From: the human T2T-CHM13v2.0 reference genome, Homo sapiens
Assembly (NCBI RefSeq): GCF_009914755.1
Contig: NC_060932.1
Direction: 5' to 3' (one strand)
DNA length: 64,000 bases
A program made the position numbers and the translations under genes. This document shows positions 15,067 to 28,169 of the stretch, piece after piece. Numbering within the stretch: the first letter of the stretch is position 1; each line of letters starts with the position of its first letter. The notes under the pieces were generated by a model. It was not told the DNA's origin. It was given only the letters and a program-made list of their open reading frames with translations, and made no database searches.

Positions 15067-15541
15067 ACTAGATTATCATTCGTCTTTTGTTTGGAAAACA
15101 ATACCATAACATGACTGTAATGATGAAAATCCTGATGCCCCCTGTTGAACCTAGATCTCCCCACATCTTTCCCCTGCCTCTTTTATAAAAAACAAGAAAG
15201 AACATTATGACTTGCTAAATAACTTGCCCTTTCATTCTTTGCATGGTTAAATATATAATACCAAGGCTGAAAACTACTTTGCGGTATAGAAAGGATTTTG
15301 CAACCATAGTTTACCTCCTTAATGGAATTCTGGAAGTTAATGTTCTGGCTGATTTAAAAAAAAAAAAAAAAAAAGTCTCGTGGGGCAATATGTATAAGCA
15401 ATGGGAAGTTAAAGGGATTGAGAAAGAATATGTGTGTGACTTTCCAGATAGAGTTAATCTACATAGTCATAATCATCATTTCCTATTAACAGAATAGGCA
15501 ACAGAAGATATCCACCTGTTAATCCCACCTGTTAAGAGAAT

Positions 15542-15946
15542 TGTATTAGTCCATTCTTGCATTGCTATAAAGAAATACCTGAGACAGAGTAATTCATAAA
15601 GAAAAGAGCTTTAATTCGCTCTTGGTTCTGCATGGTGTACAGGAAACCTGATGCTGGCATCAGCTCAGCTTCTGGGGAGGCCTCGGGAAACTTCCAGTCA
15701 TGGCAGAAGGCAAGGGGGGAGCAGGCATGTCACATGGCCAGAGGAGAAGCAAGGAAGGAGGAGGTGCTACAGACTTAAATGACCAGATCTCATGAGACCT
15801 CACTCACTATCAGGAGGACAATACCAAGAGGGATGGTGAGAAAACCAGCCCCATAATCCAATCACCTTCCACCAGGCCCCACCTCCAGCATTGGGGATTA
15901 CGTTTGAATATGAGATTTGGATGGGGTAAATATCCAAACTATATCG
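15542..15946 (-). mobile_element. MSTA-type MaLR solo LTR
   Basis: TGTATTAGTCCATTCTTGCATTGCTATAAAGAAATACCTGAGAC ... ATCCAAACTATATC(G); near 5-bp TSD AGAAT/AGAGT. Confidence 0.92.
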
Positions 15947-17194
15947 AGAGTTAACTTAAAATAGGCTCTGGATATATAGTAGGTTATCAATAAATAATAG
16001 TTGTCATCCTGATTATTGTTATTAGTATTACACAAATGATGTCAATGCTCATTTTTTTCTAAGATTCTTTTAAGGGTGTGTTCTCAGCATTGGTTACAAT
16101 AGCAGAAAAAAAAAATATTATGGAGAAAACTTCCAGAAGAGAAGCAAAGTCTTTAAGGAACAGAATTGAAAGAAAATATTGTAAAAACGTGTTTCAAAAA
16201 AAGTAAAATTGATCTTTGTGTTAAGTAAACACAACCAAAAGAAATACTTTTCTTATTTGTTGGTAACACTCTGGCGTTTCATTAATCCTAGCTAAGTCTC
16301 TCTAAATTTACCAATGCATATATTTCATTTTCAAATATCTCAATAGTTTCTCTTTATGGATTAAATGTTCATGTTCACTAGTGAAAACCCAGTTCCAACT
16401 GACATGTAATTTGGATATAATGGATTATAACTCTTCTTCATTGTCTTCTGAGCTGTTAAAAGAGTGTACCATGTATTCTCCCTATTGTTCTGAGTTAAAA
16501 ACAATAAAAATAGGAACAAAATCTAAATTCCACATGCAGAAAAGCAGTTGGTTTTTAGTGGGCAATGTCCAAGTACTTTAAGGCACACTGGGAGCTTTCT
16601 TGTTTTGTATGCCATTGGGGCTTGTATTGGGTTGAGCTTCTGTACTTTCATCTGTGACTGCTAACCAGGAAGTACAGGAGGGAGTAAAATCTGGGAGAGA
16701 TGCATAAAGAATGTTATATGCTGTAGGCATAGGAGGAACAGTCTTGACAAAAACGTTTGCAAAGAAACTAGACCTGGTTCTGCTGAAGCAACATATTTGT
16801 TCAACCTTAATGTTATGAAATACAAGGTTGTAAAGTGCGGAAGAAGCCACCTCGTGTACTTTCCCAAAAAAGATTCCTGGGATTCCTTCTTCTCCATCAT
16901 CATTTCTCAGCTCCAGATTGAAATTCTTCAGTTAGTGCAGCAGAAGCCAAGCAAATTATTTTTTGGAGTTAGTCTTATCCCAGCATCACAAACATACATG
17001 CAAGATTTAAGTGTCTAATTAAGAAAAATGGGAAACAACAGGGTATTCAATTAATGTATATTTTTATTTCTATAACTCTGTTTTTATATTTCTTCTCTTC
17101 AACATAGTAGTAGTCTATTCTGGGTCCATGCCCCCAGTCTTCACAGCTGTGTGAAGACATTTTGAGTTATACCAGTGGAAAAAATGCCCCACGT

Positions 17195-17600
17195 TGTGTG
17201 TGACCAACACGCTAAATAGGAAAAACTATTGGTCAAGCAAAGCTAAGTTTATTAGACTTACGTAGTAGAGGAGAATCCCAACTTGAGTTTTCATAGCCTC
17301 TCAAAAAGAGGAAAATAGGAAGCGTATTTATAATTTAAAAAGCCTGGGGTGAGTGATTTGGGGGCAAGTCTCGCAAAGTGAGGATGATTAGAACTGGCAG
17401 TTCTTGGCATAAAAACTTTGGTCTGGTGGGCAAAGTGAGATGAGTGGATGTGAATATTGGTGAGGAAGCCATTAATCTTGCTGATAAGTAACCTATTGTA
17501 CTTGGTTTACAAACATTTTCTTTTTGCTTAGTCTCGTGTTCTTTAGCACAGGGACTGAAGACTATAGTGGACTCAATTCTCAATCTTGATGGAGAAATGG
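17195..17600 (-). mobile_element. Old ERV LTR-like fragment, family uncertain
   Basis: GCTAAGTTTTATTAGACTTAC (antisense AATAAA context typical of LTR R/U5). Confidence 0.35.
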
Positions 17601-18393
17601 TATGTGTCCTATTGTTGCTGTAACAAATTACCACAAACTTAAGACTTAATAACACAGATTTCTTTTAGAGTTCTGTGGGTAAGAAGTCTGAAATGGATTT
17701 CACTACTCTAAATTCAAGTTGTCTGTAGGGCTACATTTCTTTCCAAAGGTTCTCTAGGGGAGAATTTATTTCCTTGGATTTCTCAGCTTTTAGAGGTTGC
17801 CCATGTTCCTTGACTAGTAGATCTCTCCCTCCACTTTTCGTTTGAGTCAGTATCTCTGTCACCCAGGCTGGAATGCAGTGGCACCATCCTTAGCACACAG
17901 CAGCCTCAAATTCCTGGGCCCTAGGCAACTGACCCTCCCACCTCGGCCTCTCCAGTGGCTGGGACTATGGGAGGGTGCCATCACACCCAGCCAATTGTAA
18001 AATGTTTATCCTTTTGTAGAGACAAGATTGTATTGTGTTGTCCAGGCTGGTCTCAAACTCCTGGCCTCAAGTTAGCCTCCCACCTTGCCTTTCAAAAGCG
18101 CTGGGATTACTGGCCTGATCCACCATGCCTGGCCCCTCCCTCTATCTTTAAAGCCAATAAAATTGTGTCTCTCTATTCATTCTTCGCAAAGTTACACCTC
18201 TGTCTTTCATGTTTAAGGAACCTTGTGATTATATTGGCACACCTAGTAATCTAAGATACTCTACCCATTACAAAGTCACATCGGCAAAGTCCCTTTTGCC
18301 ATATAAAGTAATACTCACAGGTTCTAGGGATTAGGATAAAGACAACTTGGTGGGGGTAAAGGGGTGGAAGATGGTGTCATTTGGCCTATCATA
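17601..18393 (-). mobile_element. MLT1C-type MaLR LTR interrupted by AluJ
   Basis: GCTGTAACAAATTACCACAAACTT ... GCAAAGTCCCTTTTGCCATATAAAGTAA..CACAGGTTCTAGGGATTAGGA. Confidence 0.85.
17835..18134 (-). mobile_element. AluJ
   Basis: Diverged dimer with GCAGCCTCAAATTCCTGGGC J-type motif. Confidence 0.9.
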
Positions 18394-18741
18394 TGGAAGA
18401 TGGATTTCACAGAAATTGGAAGAACCTTGTTCATTGCAGCCTTTGGCCACTAGAATGGCTATCTCATGGTATAGATAATTCTTTGGTATTTATTACTTAG
18501 CATTTATTTATATTCATAAAAAGCAAGAATTGTAGCATTTCTTCTTGGAATAAGGTTGGCTCTCAATAGGATCTATTTGATAACATTCATATATTTTGTT
18601 CTTTTTAAAAAATCTTTTCTGGGGTGATTTTAGGAAACCACTATTCTTTTCATCATATGCTAGTTAGTCCCATGAGGACCTGGGAAACCTACTTTAGATA
18701 ATCATGCAAATGTAACTAAATATCTAAATACCTATTCCTAC

Positions 18742-19048
18742 TTTTTTTTTTTTTTTTTTTTTTTTTTTGAGACGGAGTCTCGCTGTCGCCCAGGCTGGAG
18801 TGCAGTGGCGCAATCTCGGCTCACTGCAGGCTCCGCCCCCTGGGGTTCACGCCATTCTCCTGCCTCAGCCTCCCGAGTAGCTGGGACTACAGGCGCCCGC
18901 CACCTCGCCCGGCTAATTTTTTGTATTTTTAGTAGAGACGGGGTTTCACCATGTTAGCCAGGATGGTATCGATCTCCTGACCTCGTGATCCGCCCGCCTC
19001 GGCCTCCCAAAGTGCTGGGATTACAGGCATGAGCCACCGCGCCCGGCC
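18742..19048 (-). mobile_element. Young AluY, AluYe-like subfamily
   Basis: CpGs nearly intact, 27-T tail, TSD CTACTTTT; diagnostic changes GTCTCGCTGTCGCCC (2-nt deletion), GCAGGCTCCGCCCCCTGGGG, CACCTCGCCCGGC. Confidence 0.95.
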
Positions 19049-19238
19049 CTACTTTTTATCCTCTGGAATTTTAATGTCTCCCTTTTCACTTGTCACAATA
19101 CTATTTCAAATTATCTTTGGTGAGAAATGACTTGTATTTGAGTTTTTATATCTCACTGTCATGTAGATCATTCTCAGTAATGCTTTATGTGGATTAGGAA
19201 TCCACCCTGCTCTCAGACACACTGTAGATAGTACTCAC

Positions 19239-19428
19239 CAAAGTATAGAAGTCAGCAAGACAGTTGTCACCTCATTTGAAAAGCACCAGTGACAAGCATA
19301 GATTGGAGTGTCCTACTTTAGGTATTGAAAATGAAAAGCACCTGTGATTCAGAGGAAACTCCCTCCTCCCTTTTTCATTACCATAAGGTCTTCCAGCCAT
19401 AGAAGATATGTGGCTCCTATGTGAAGGC
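19239..19428 (-). other. Candidate non-coding exon (minus strand)
   Basis: Acceptor TTTCCCTTTCCTTAAAACAG|G, donor TTG|GTGAGT, 190 nt, stops in all frames. Confidence 0.25.
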
Positions 19429-19554
19429 CTGTTTTAAGGAAAGGGAAATTGGAAGAACTCACTGTAGATCTTAAAGATCATTTTAGTTTTACACTTTTGT
19501 GTGGCTGAAAGAAAAAAGAAATAATTATATTCCTAGTAAAGGACTTTTTTTGCT

Positions 19555-19672
19555 TTCATCTTCTTTTTTCTCTTCTTCCCTTTCTTCTCCTTCTCCTTCA
19601 TCCTTCTTCCTCTTTCTCCTTTTTCTCTCTCTCACTCGTTTTGGTTTATCTTTTTCCTTTTTTTTCTCTTCT
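19555..19672 (+). repeat. CT-rich low-complexity tract
   Basis: Directly visible polypyrimidine. Confidence 0.85.
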
Positions 19673-19779
19673 TGACCCTAGGAGTTTACATGACGTGTAT
19701 TTCAGGCAAACCACTTAACCTTTCCTATGAAACCAATCATGTTTGTGTCTTAGGGGTAGTTCTTCAAAAGCAGAAGAAA

Positions 19780-20280
19780 ACGATATGTACAAAGATGTTT
19801 GTCATATAATTCTTTATGTGATGAAAAATTAGAAATAACCTAAATGCTTATTAAGCAAATAATTTATGAAAGCGATGCAATGTCAATGAATATATACTGA
19901 CATGGGAAGTTGCAGAACAGTAAAATTCTATTTGTGGTATATTTCTCATGTTTCTTGATCTGGAAACAAGTTACAATGTTGTGAAAATACAAAAAAGTTG
20001 TACACTAATGATTTACTCTTCTGTGTGTATGTATTTCATTTTAAATAATATTCAAAAAACCATGTCCATATTTATAGTGAGAAGAATGTGGAAAGATATA
20101 TTTTTAAAAATAATGCTAGGATTGACATATTCTTGGGGCTTTTGCTTCCTACTTTACCTGCATCTAGATAATTTGAAATTTATGATGAGCATTTATTTTC
20201 ATTTTGTAAAAAAAAAAAAAATTAGGAAGCCTGGTGAATTTATGGTATATAAAATCGACCTCAGTAAAGCTGTTTAAAGC
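19780..20280 (+). mobile_element. Old L1M (L1ME/MC-like) 3' fragments
   Basis: TGTACAAAGATGTTT..AAAAATTAGAAATAACCTAAATG; TTTCTTGATCTGG..TTGTGAAAAT..GTACACT; GAATTTATGGTATAT..CCTCAGTAAAGCTGTT. Confidence 0.6.
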
Positions 20281-22081
20281 AAATATGAAAGCAAAAACTA
20301 CAATGAGATACGACCAAAAAGGGAGGAACCGAATTCCAGCTTCAATGTCATCTCAATAGCAGGAAGCTTAAGGAAAAAGGAGAAGAGTTTCTATGTAAAT
20401 ATGTAGAAGTATGATTTCTCTTATTGCAAGAAATCTTGACATTATAATTTTCAGGTCGTGTTAGTAGTGAGAAAGGCACAAGGGACAACCTTTAGATAAA
20501 GGGTAATGGAAATAGTGTTTCATACCCTTTTTGTATCCCAGAAACAAGCAGAGTGCCCAGTGCTTGACACCTAATACATTTGTTGGATAAAGAGATGGAT
20601 GGAGCAATGGGAAGACCTCAGGTTCCCTCAGCTTTCTTTGGCTGTTTGTTTTTCCTGTAATGTGCTTTGCCTAGTTACTTTTGCAAAAATAAGAAGCATA
20701 GGGCTATTCTTCTGCATAGAACTCGTGGGAAATTACATGGATAATGTGTGTTAAGTGCTTTGGGAACTTCAGGTTGGAAGAAAGACCTTTTATTCAAAGC
20801 AGTATTATTTTCCAATGTTCACATCTTAAAGAACAAGGGCTGTTTCTATTATTACTACTTTCTGCTAATATCTAGCACTATAACTTGACTATTTGGACAG
20901 TTTATAACGCTAGTTGATCATCAAAATGAAGATAAGTACTGCTTTTCCCTGAAGATGTGGCTATCAGAAAAGACTTAACCAAAAAAGCTACCTGCAAATC
21001 TGATAGGGTAAAAGAGAACACCATTTGAGCAACATTTTCCATATCAAAAAGAAAAGAAAACAGGAGATAGTGGGGTGGAGTCAGTGTTAAAATTAGCCTA
21101 ACATTTGGATTTTCTTTTGTCTATATTGCTCAAGTTGTCTTTTTTTAGTTAAGAATTTCTCTGAACTTACTTTTAGATTTAGTAGTAGAGAGTAAATCAT
21201 TTGAAAGCTGGAGGGGTCATGATTAATCAACATACACCACCACTCTAAACTGCTCAGAACTCACTTCTCTGTGTTTAGTGCTGGCTCATTTCCATCCAGA
21301 ATACATAGACAACAGCTAACACTAGATTTTCACAAGACAAGAAAGCACCTTTCATTCAGCACAAAAATCTGCAGGCACTTCCTCAGCCTCTGACTTTATT
21401 TTCCTCAGATGTCAGCAGGTCTCAATCTCCCGTTCTCACAGTCCTCACATGTCTTGTGTGGCCCATAGCTGCAGGATTCAAACTCGATTCTTCAGCACAG
21501 GATAGAGCTGGGGCACTGGCACACAGGAAATTTGACCTGACTGTCAGGAAAATACTTTTATCAGCAATGACTTTTCCTGATATGGTGACTTTATCTCTCT
21601 GGGATTAAGAAGAAAAAGCCCCAGAGCTTGAGCCATGGGAATACCAATTTGTAGAGCATTTAATATTAATAATTTAGTAAGTATTAGACTAACTAGCCCC
21701 TCAAGGCATAACCCTGAGGTATTTATCTCACATTGCTCAGCCCCTTTTGTTTAACCTCCTCTCTATTTTAGCTCTGAAATCTACATTTAGGAATTTGATC
21801 ATTGTGTCAGGGGTCCCCGTAACTACTCTCAGGGTTGATGAGTCACCAGGAGCACTCATAGGACTCAGCGTATGGTTGTATTCAATGGCTATGATGCATT
21901 ACAACGAAAGGTTACACAGCAAAATCAGCAAAGGGAAAAGGCTCATGGGGCTGAGTCGGGGAAAGCAGGCACAAGCAGTCAAGGGTCCTCTTCCAGTAGA
22001 GTCACACCGGGCGCACCTCGTTCCCCCAGCAGCAAGCTAAGACAACACATGCAGATGATTCCAGCTAGGGAGGCTCCTTAG

Positions 22082-22846
<765 letters not shown>

Positions 22847-23169
22847 TGATCCTGTAGATACCCTCTGCTGGGCACATACCAACATTCTAGGCTTTCATAA
22901 GGAAGCAGGGGTCTAACACAAGCTGTAGTGTTTGTACAAACAGTTCAGGCAGAGTGAGCCATGCTTAGCAGGTCTAGGAATGGTGTAAACCTTCACAAAA
23001 TACAAGTTCCCAGATGCCAGGCAAGGGCCAGCCTAGTCAACAGTCCTTTTAAGGAACAACAGTCTGGACTATGTTAACCTTTTTTTGCACAATCGTGTAC
23101 CAATTTACAACCTTCTCAACTTGCTTGCCGGAAGTGTAATTACACACACAGCAGATGCTTCTTGAGAAC

Positions 23170-24100
23170 TCAAGTTGCACTTAACATCATGCATTGAGTA
23201 GGTGCTTTTCAGCTGGTCTTTGCTCTGTTCCCTCATCCCAGTGTACAGTTGTCTGCCAAGTTCTGTTTCATCTAGATTTAAAATATGTTCTGAGTCTGTC
23301 TCATTTGTTCTCTCCTCTTCTGCCTCCTGATTCAAGCCACTCTCGTTTGTAGTCTGGGTTGCTGCAATAGCGTCCAAACTGGCTTCTCTATTCAACATTT
23401 GCCTTCCTAATTTAATCCACACTCCACCAAGAGCCTGAGACTTTTTCTTGATTTAAAAATTGGATGTTACTCCTTTACTTACAATTCTTCTGACACTTCA
23501 CCTTGCTCTTAAGATCAAAGCCCAGCGTCCAGATTATGACATTAGGTGATCCTGACCTGTCCAGCCCTGTCTAGAACCATTCTTTTTGTTACTTTGCATC
23601 TATGCTGGTCTTCTGTCATTTCTCCAAATTCACCAGGCTCTCTGAACCTTCAGGGTTTGAACAAACTAATTCATACATAGGAACACTGTTACCTCTTATT
23701 GTTAGTGAATGCCTATTAATTTTTTAAAGCTTATTTTAAAGATAGAGAATCACATAATTTATCATCCAAACCAGGACACTATTTAGAGGAAAAGGGGATG
23801 TTATTTATAATCATTCCAGTTCAACAACTGTAACCTGGGAATTTCAGTCACCCTACTAATAGGTCCTTCCCTTGCTGGGGCCTTTCTTGACCTCCTTCTT
23901 TTAAATGAATCACTGTGTTTCTCTATATATAACAACCTATCATTTTCCACCATACTACTCATCTCATAATCACTAATTATATCATAATTTATGTGATTAT
24001 TTGTTTAACATCTTTTACCTCCACTAGGCTGTGAAGTTTCAGGAGCTCATGGGCATTATAGCCAGCACCCTACAGAGCTAGTAGATACTTTATAAATAGC
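23170..24100 (+). mobile_element. L2 LINE 3' portion, interrupted by MER94
   Basis: TGCAATAGC.TCC.AACTGG, AATCCACACTCCAC, CCACTAGGCTGTGAAG terminal motifs. Confidence 0.7.
23743..23855. mobile_element. MER94-like hAT-Blackjack MITE
   Basis: ATAATTTATCATCCAAACCAGGACAC ... GTCACCCTA terminal inverted repeat. Confidence 0.7.
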
Positions 24101-24489
24101 CCCTTAATTTGTAATTAGATACTAACAGTGCTTCTAAGCAGACATTAAAAAAAAAAAAGTGTCTCTTGTTTATTCCACTTGCTGTATTCTCCTTTCATCT
24201 CCCCCCACATTGAAGTTGTATTTGAGAGGCTCTTCCTTAAATTCCTGGGTTTATCTTTCAGGTGTCTTTACTGAATACATAAGGAATTAATTTGGTTATC
24301 TTAGAAAAATGTAGTGGTGGACTGTTTAGTGGTGGGATGTTTTACCTCTGCAAAAAAGTCTCAGGCTTGTGGTTTTGTTAGTGATTTGGACACATTTTAA
24401 ATAAAATGGGCATACTTCAAATTTCATTTCATTCTTTAAATTTTTAAACAGGAGTTTAAAACAGTTTAAGTAGTTTTCAATAAAACAGT

Positions 24490-24784
<295 letters not shown>

Positions 24785-25359
24785 GTCCTCTACATAACCA
24801 TTAATTCCTCTCACCATTGGAGGGAGGAATTTTGCTCTGACCTCCTGGAAGTGGTAAACACAAAATAGATTTCTAGGAGCAAACCAATAGACTCTTCATG
24901 CTATGCAGAACCTCTGCCATTTCCTAGTCCTTTGAGTGGTAATCCAGACATTGCTATTTTTTTTCTTTTAAGGCCTAAATAAGTCATATAGATCTACAAG
25001 TTGTAGGTAGAATTAAAATTTACCCCAACTGCTATAATTTTGCTATTTTGATATTATATTCTCTAGAGATAGAAAGCTTTTATTTTGTTCTGATTCAACT
25101 CAAAGTGAAGAGTTTGTCAACTTTCAAGCCACGTATTTTCTGCTATCTTTAGAAACTCATTTATAAGCCAGTTTCTACATCTGGGCATCACAAATTTGCA
25201 TGCATACATATGTCAAAAGTTAGTACACTTAACATCTGTGTCTCTTTAAAGGATAAGAAAAAAGTTGAGAATTGGAATCAAGTTTGCTTTAATTACAGGA
25301 TAAAGGCTTTTCATTGCTCTTAATTCAGTATAACAATTTAAATTTTAATTGTGAAAACT

Positions 25360-25872
25360 GGTGTGGATGTAGTTGATTGCCCACCAAGAAGGTTCCTCTT
25401 TGCCAGCAGAGCTATCCTCAACTATAAGGATGAAAGATGAAATACTCGATGTTTTCTGAAGCCCCTGTGGCCAAGTAATAATAGGCATTTGACACAATGG
25501 GACCTGAAGGGAAATGTGAGAATAGGGTCTGACTGTAATCAGGTTGGTGACTTCTGGCAATGATTCCCTGGTGATAAAAAAACAGCTGTATGAGGAGAAA
25601 CTACCACTTCTTCTGCCTTTGTATAAGAGTATTAAGGATATGATGCCTGGAGCAATAGCAGGCCCATTGTGATCATGAAAAGTCAACCCTGGTGATGGCT
25701 GAGTGGAAGGATGAGAGGAGCTGGGGCATTCATGACATTATTAGGTAGTTGCACCAGCCTTGGAAGCATCTTATCCCCCAACACTTGTGCTTGGGAGATA
25801 ATACATGTCTTTGTAGTGTAAGCCACTTTTAGTTGAGATCCTTTTTTTTTTAACGGAAAAAATGCTGATATA
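25360..25872 (+). mobile_element. MLT1J/K-like old MaLR LTR
   Basis: GATGCCTGGAGCAATAGCAG.CCATT..GATCATGA; GTAAGCCACTTTTAGTTG. Confidence 0.6.
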
Positions 25873-26193
25873 CTGGGAAAATTAATTTTAAAAATCCAAA
25901 TGCATTTTAATAAATTTACCTTTAAGATGCCTATATTGTGAGTGTGTAGTTGTGTGCATATTCTGGTGATATGTTATTAATTCAGTATCTGAAATGGGAA
26001 GATAGATATTTTCCCATTGGGCTTAACCATCAAGCTCCTCATTATCCCGGATTACGCTAACAACAATTGAAGCAAAATTTTGTCAGGCAGGGACACTTTC
26101 TTCTTTGCTGGTCTTTTCTGTTCCTTCCTTATAGGTCTAAAAACAGATGTAGACTTCATTTTTTTGGTTAATAAAACAAAACCCTGCACTCAC

Positions 26194-26405
26194 CTCTCCT
26201 AGCTGTGTTTTCCTCGGTCATTAGGGTAACAAATATACCAGCATGTTTTGCTGGTTTTTATCAGGTTACACCCAGAGGCATCATCTGATAGTTGATGAAA
26301 TAAATCTTGACAGAATTTCATAGGCATTCCACTCCTGTCCTCATCTCCCACCACATTCAAAATTGGCCGATTATAATCCTTCGTCACCCCTCTCATTCAG
26401 CTCCA
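26194..26405 (-). ncRNA. Candidate exon of a minus-strand spliced (lnc)RNA
   Basis: Acceptor CTTCTCTTACTGTTCCCCACCAG|, donor GAG|GTGAGT, 212 nt of non-repeat sequence. Confidence 0.4.
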
Positions 26406-26817
26406 CTGGTGGGGAACAGTAAGAGAAGTGGGATGAGAAAATTTGTAATTGCCACTTTTCTTGTTTTAGTTACTTGTTTTTGCATCTTATTGAGTTTTGT
26501 GCACGTGTACAGTGGAGGGGGCATGTATATAACTGATATATAATGCCTGTTTATTAGCACTGGATGTGTCCCCAGGAAGCCGTCAGTCCTGCTGATTTCT
26601 TGGCACCAGTAATACAACATGCATTCATACTATTACTAAAATTACCAGAAATAAACATCAACATTATATAATTATAGCAATGACAGCCTAGAGTAACTAT
26701 AGTCCTCTTACAAAAGAAGGTAAAATACTCATAATTAAAAAGGAAACAGTCCATTTAACCATGATAAAGATACTGCTATAAAAAACAAGGGTCCAGGTGC
26801 GGTGGCTCAAAATGAGG

Positions 26818-27104
26818 GGCCAGGTGCGGTGGTTCACACCTGTAATCCCACCACTTTGGGAGACTGAGGTGGGAGGATTACCTGAGGTCAGGAGTTTGAG
26901 ACCAGCTTGGCCAACATAATGAAATCCCGTCTCTACTAAAAATATAAAAATTAGCCGGGCATAGTGGCACATGCTTGTAATCTCAGCTACTCAGGAAAGT
27001 GAGGCATGAGAATCATTTGAACCTGGGTGGCAGAGGTTGCAGTGAGCCGAGATCCGGCCACTGCACTCCAGCCTGGACAACAGAGCGGGACTCCATCTCA
27101 AAAA
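26818..27104 (+). mobile_element. AluS with short tail and a duplicated 5' end
   Basis: Dimer; preceded by a second copy of GG.CCAGGTGCGGTGGCTC. Confidence 0.93.
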
Positions 27105-27622
27105 GGGAAGGAAGCTGGGAGAGAAATACTTGACAGATGAACGAGACAGTTCTGAGATGAGGACACCTCGTTTCTCCTTGCCTGTCTTTTATTTAAGACT
27201 TCATAATATCATATGTTTCAAAGACATTTTAAGAGGAAAGGGTACACTGCTTGTTTCAACCTTATTCCTCTCTTTCCCTAAACTGAAAGTTGGTGCAGCA
27301 GACACCAGGCTAGAATAAAGAGACGTCTTACTAAATCCCTGTGCACCAGGTTCATATTCCAGAACAAATTAAAGAAAAAAACATCTCTAATGTGTACGGG
27401 TTCTCTAGAAAACTGTCTTGGATGAAGATGTACAGCAAAGACCTTTCTGAAGCCTTCAAAAGAAACTGGCAAAGTCGGCATTATCCTGTGAAAATACTGC
27501 CATCTTTCCTGCTTACTTTCATCTCCTGGACTGTGTTCTTAGTGAGATGTGAGAAATATTCATCTTAATTTTGTGTTGTAAATAATGGATTGAGCCTGGA
27601 CAGCTTTTTCTCGTGTACATAC

Positions 27623-27710
27623 CTGCGAACACTCTGATCATTCTGTGCATGATTGTTTTTCTGCTCCGTGTGGATCACTGAAAGGCCCTGCACTTCTCAG
27701 TGTTAACAAA
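27623..27710 (-). ncRNA. Candidate exon of a minus-strand spliced (lnc)RNA
   Basis: Acceptor CTCCTTGCCTATCAG|, donor CAG|GTATGT, 88 nt, about 100 nt downstream of THE1B. Confidence 0.4.
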
Positions 27711-27807
27711 CTGATAGGCAAGGAGTTTGGTCTTTTCATGCTACGTGGAGTGGCTTATAGAAGATGTAATCTTTATTTCATTTATCTGTCATTATCCCCT
27801 CTCCACC

Positions 27808-28169
27808 TGTATTAATCCATTTTTATACTGCTGATAAAGACATACCCAAGACTGGGTAATTTACAAAGAAAAAGAGGTTTAATGAACTCACAGTTCAACG
27901 TGGCTGGGGAGGCCTCACAGTCATGATGGAAGGTGAAAGGCACGTCTTACATTGGCAGCAGGCAAGAGAGAATGAGAGCCAAATGAAAGGGGCTTCCCTT
28001 ATTTATAAAACCATCTTATCTCGTAAGACTTACCACCACCGGAACAGTATGTGGAAAACTGCACCTGTGATTGAATTATCTCGCACTGGGTTTCTCCTGC
28101 AACACGTGGGAATTATGGGATCTACAATTCAAGAGGAGACTTGGGTGGGGACACAGCCAAATCATATCA
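27808..28169 (-). mobile_element. THE1B MaLR solo LTR
   Basis: TGTATTAATCCATTTT..CTGCTGATAAAGACATACCCAAGACTGGG ... GGGGACACAGCCAAATCATATCA; TSD CCACC/TCACC. Confidence 0.93.
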
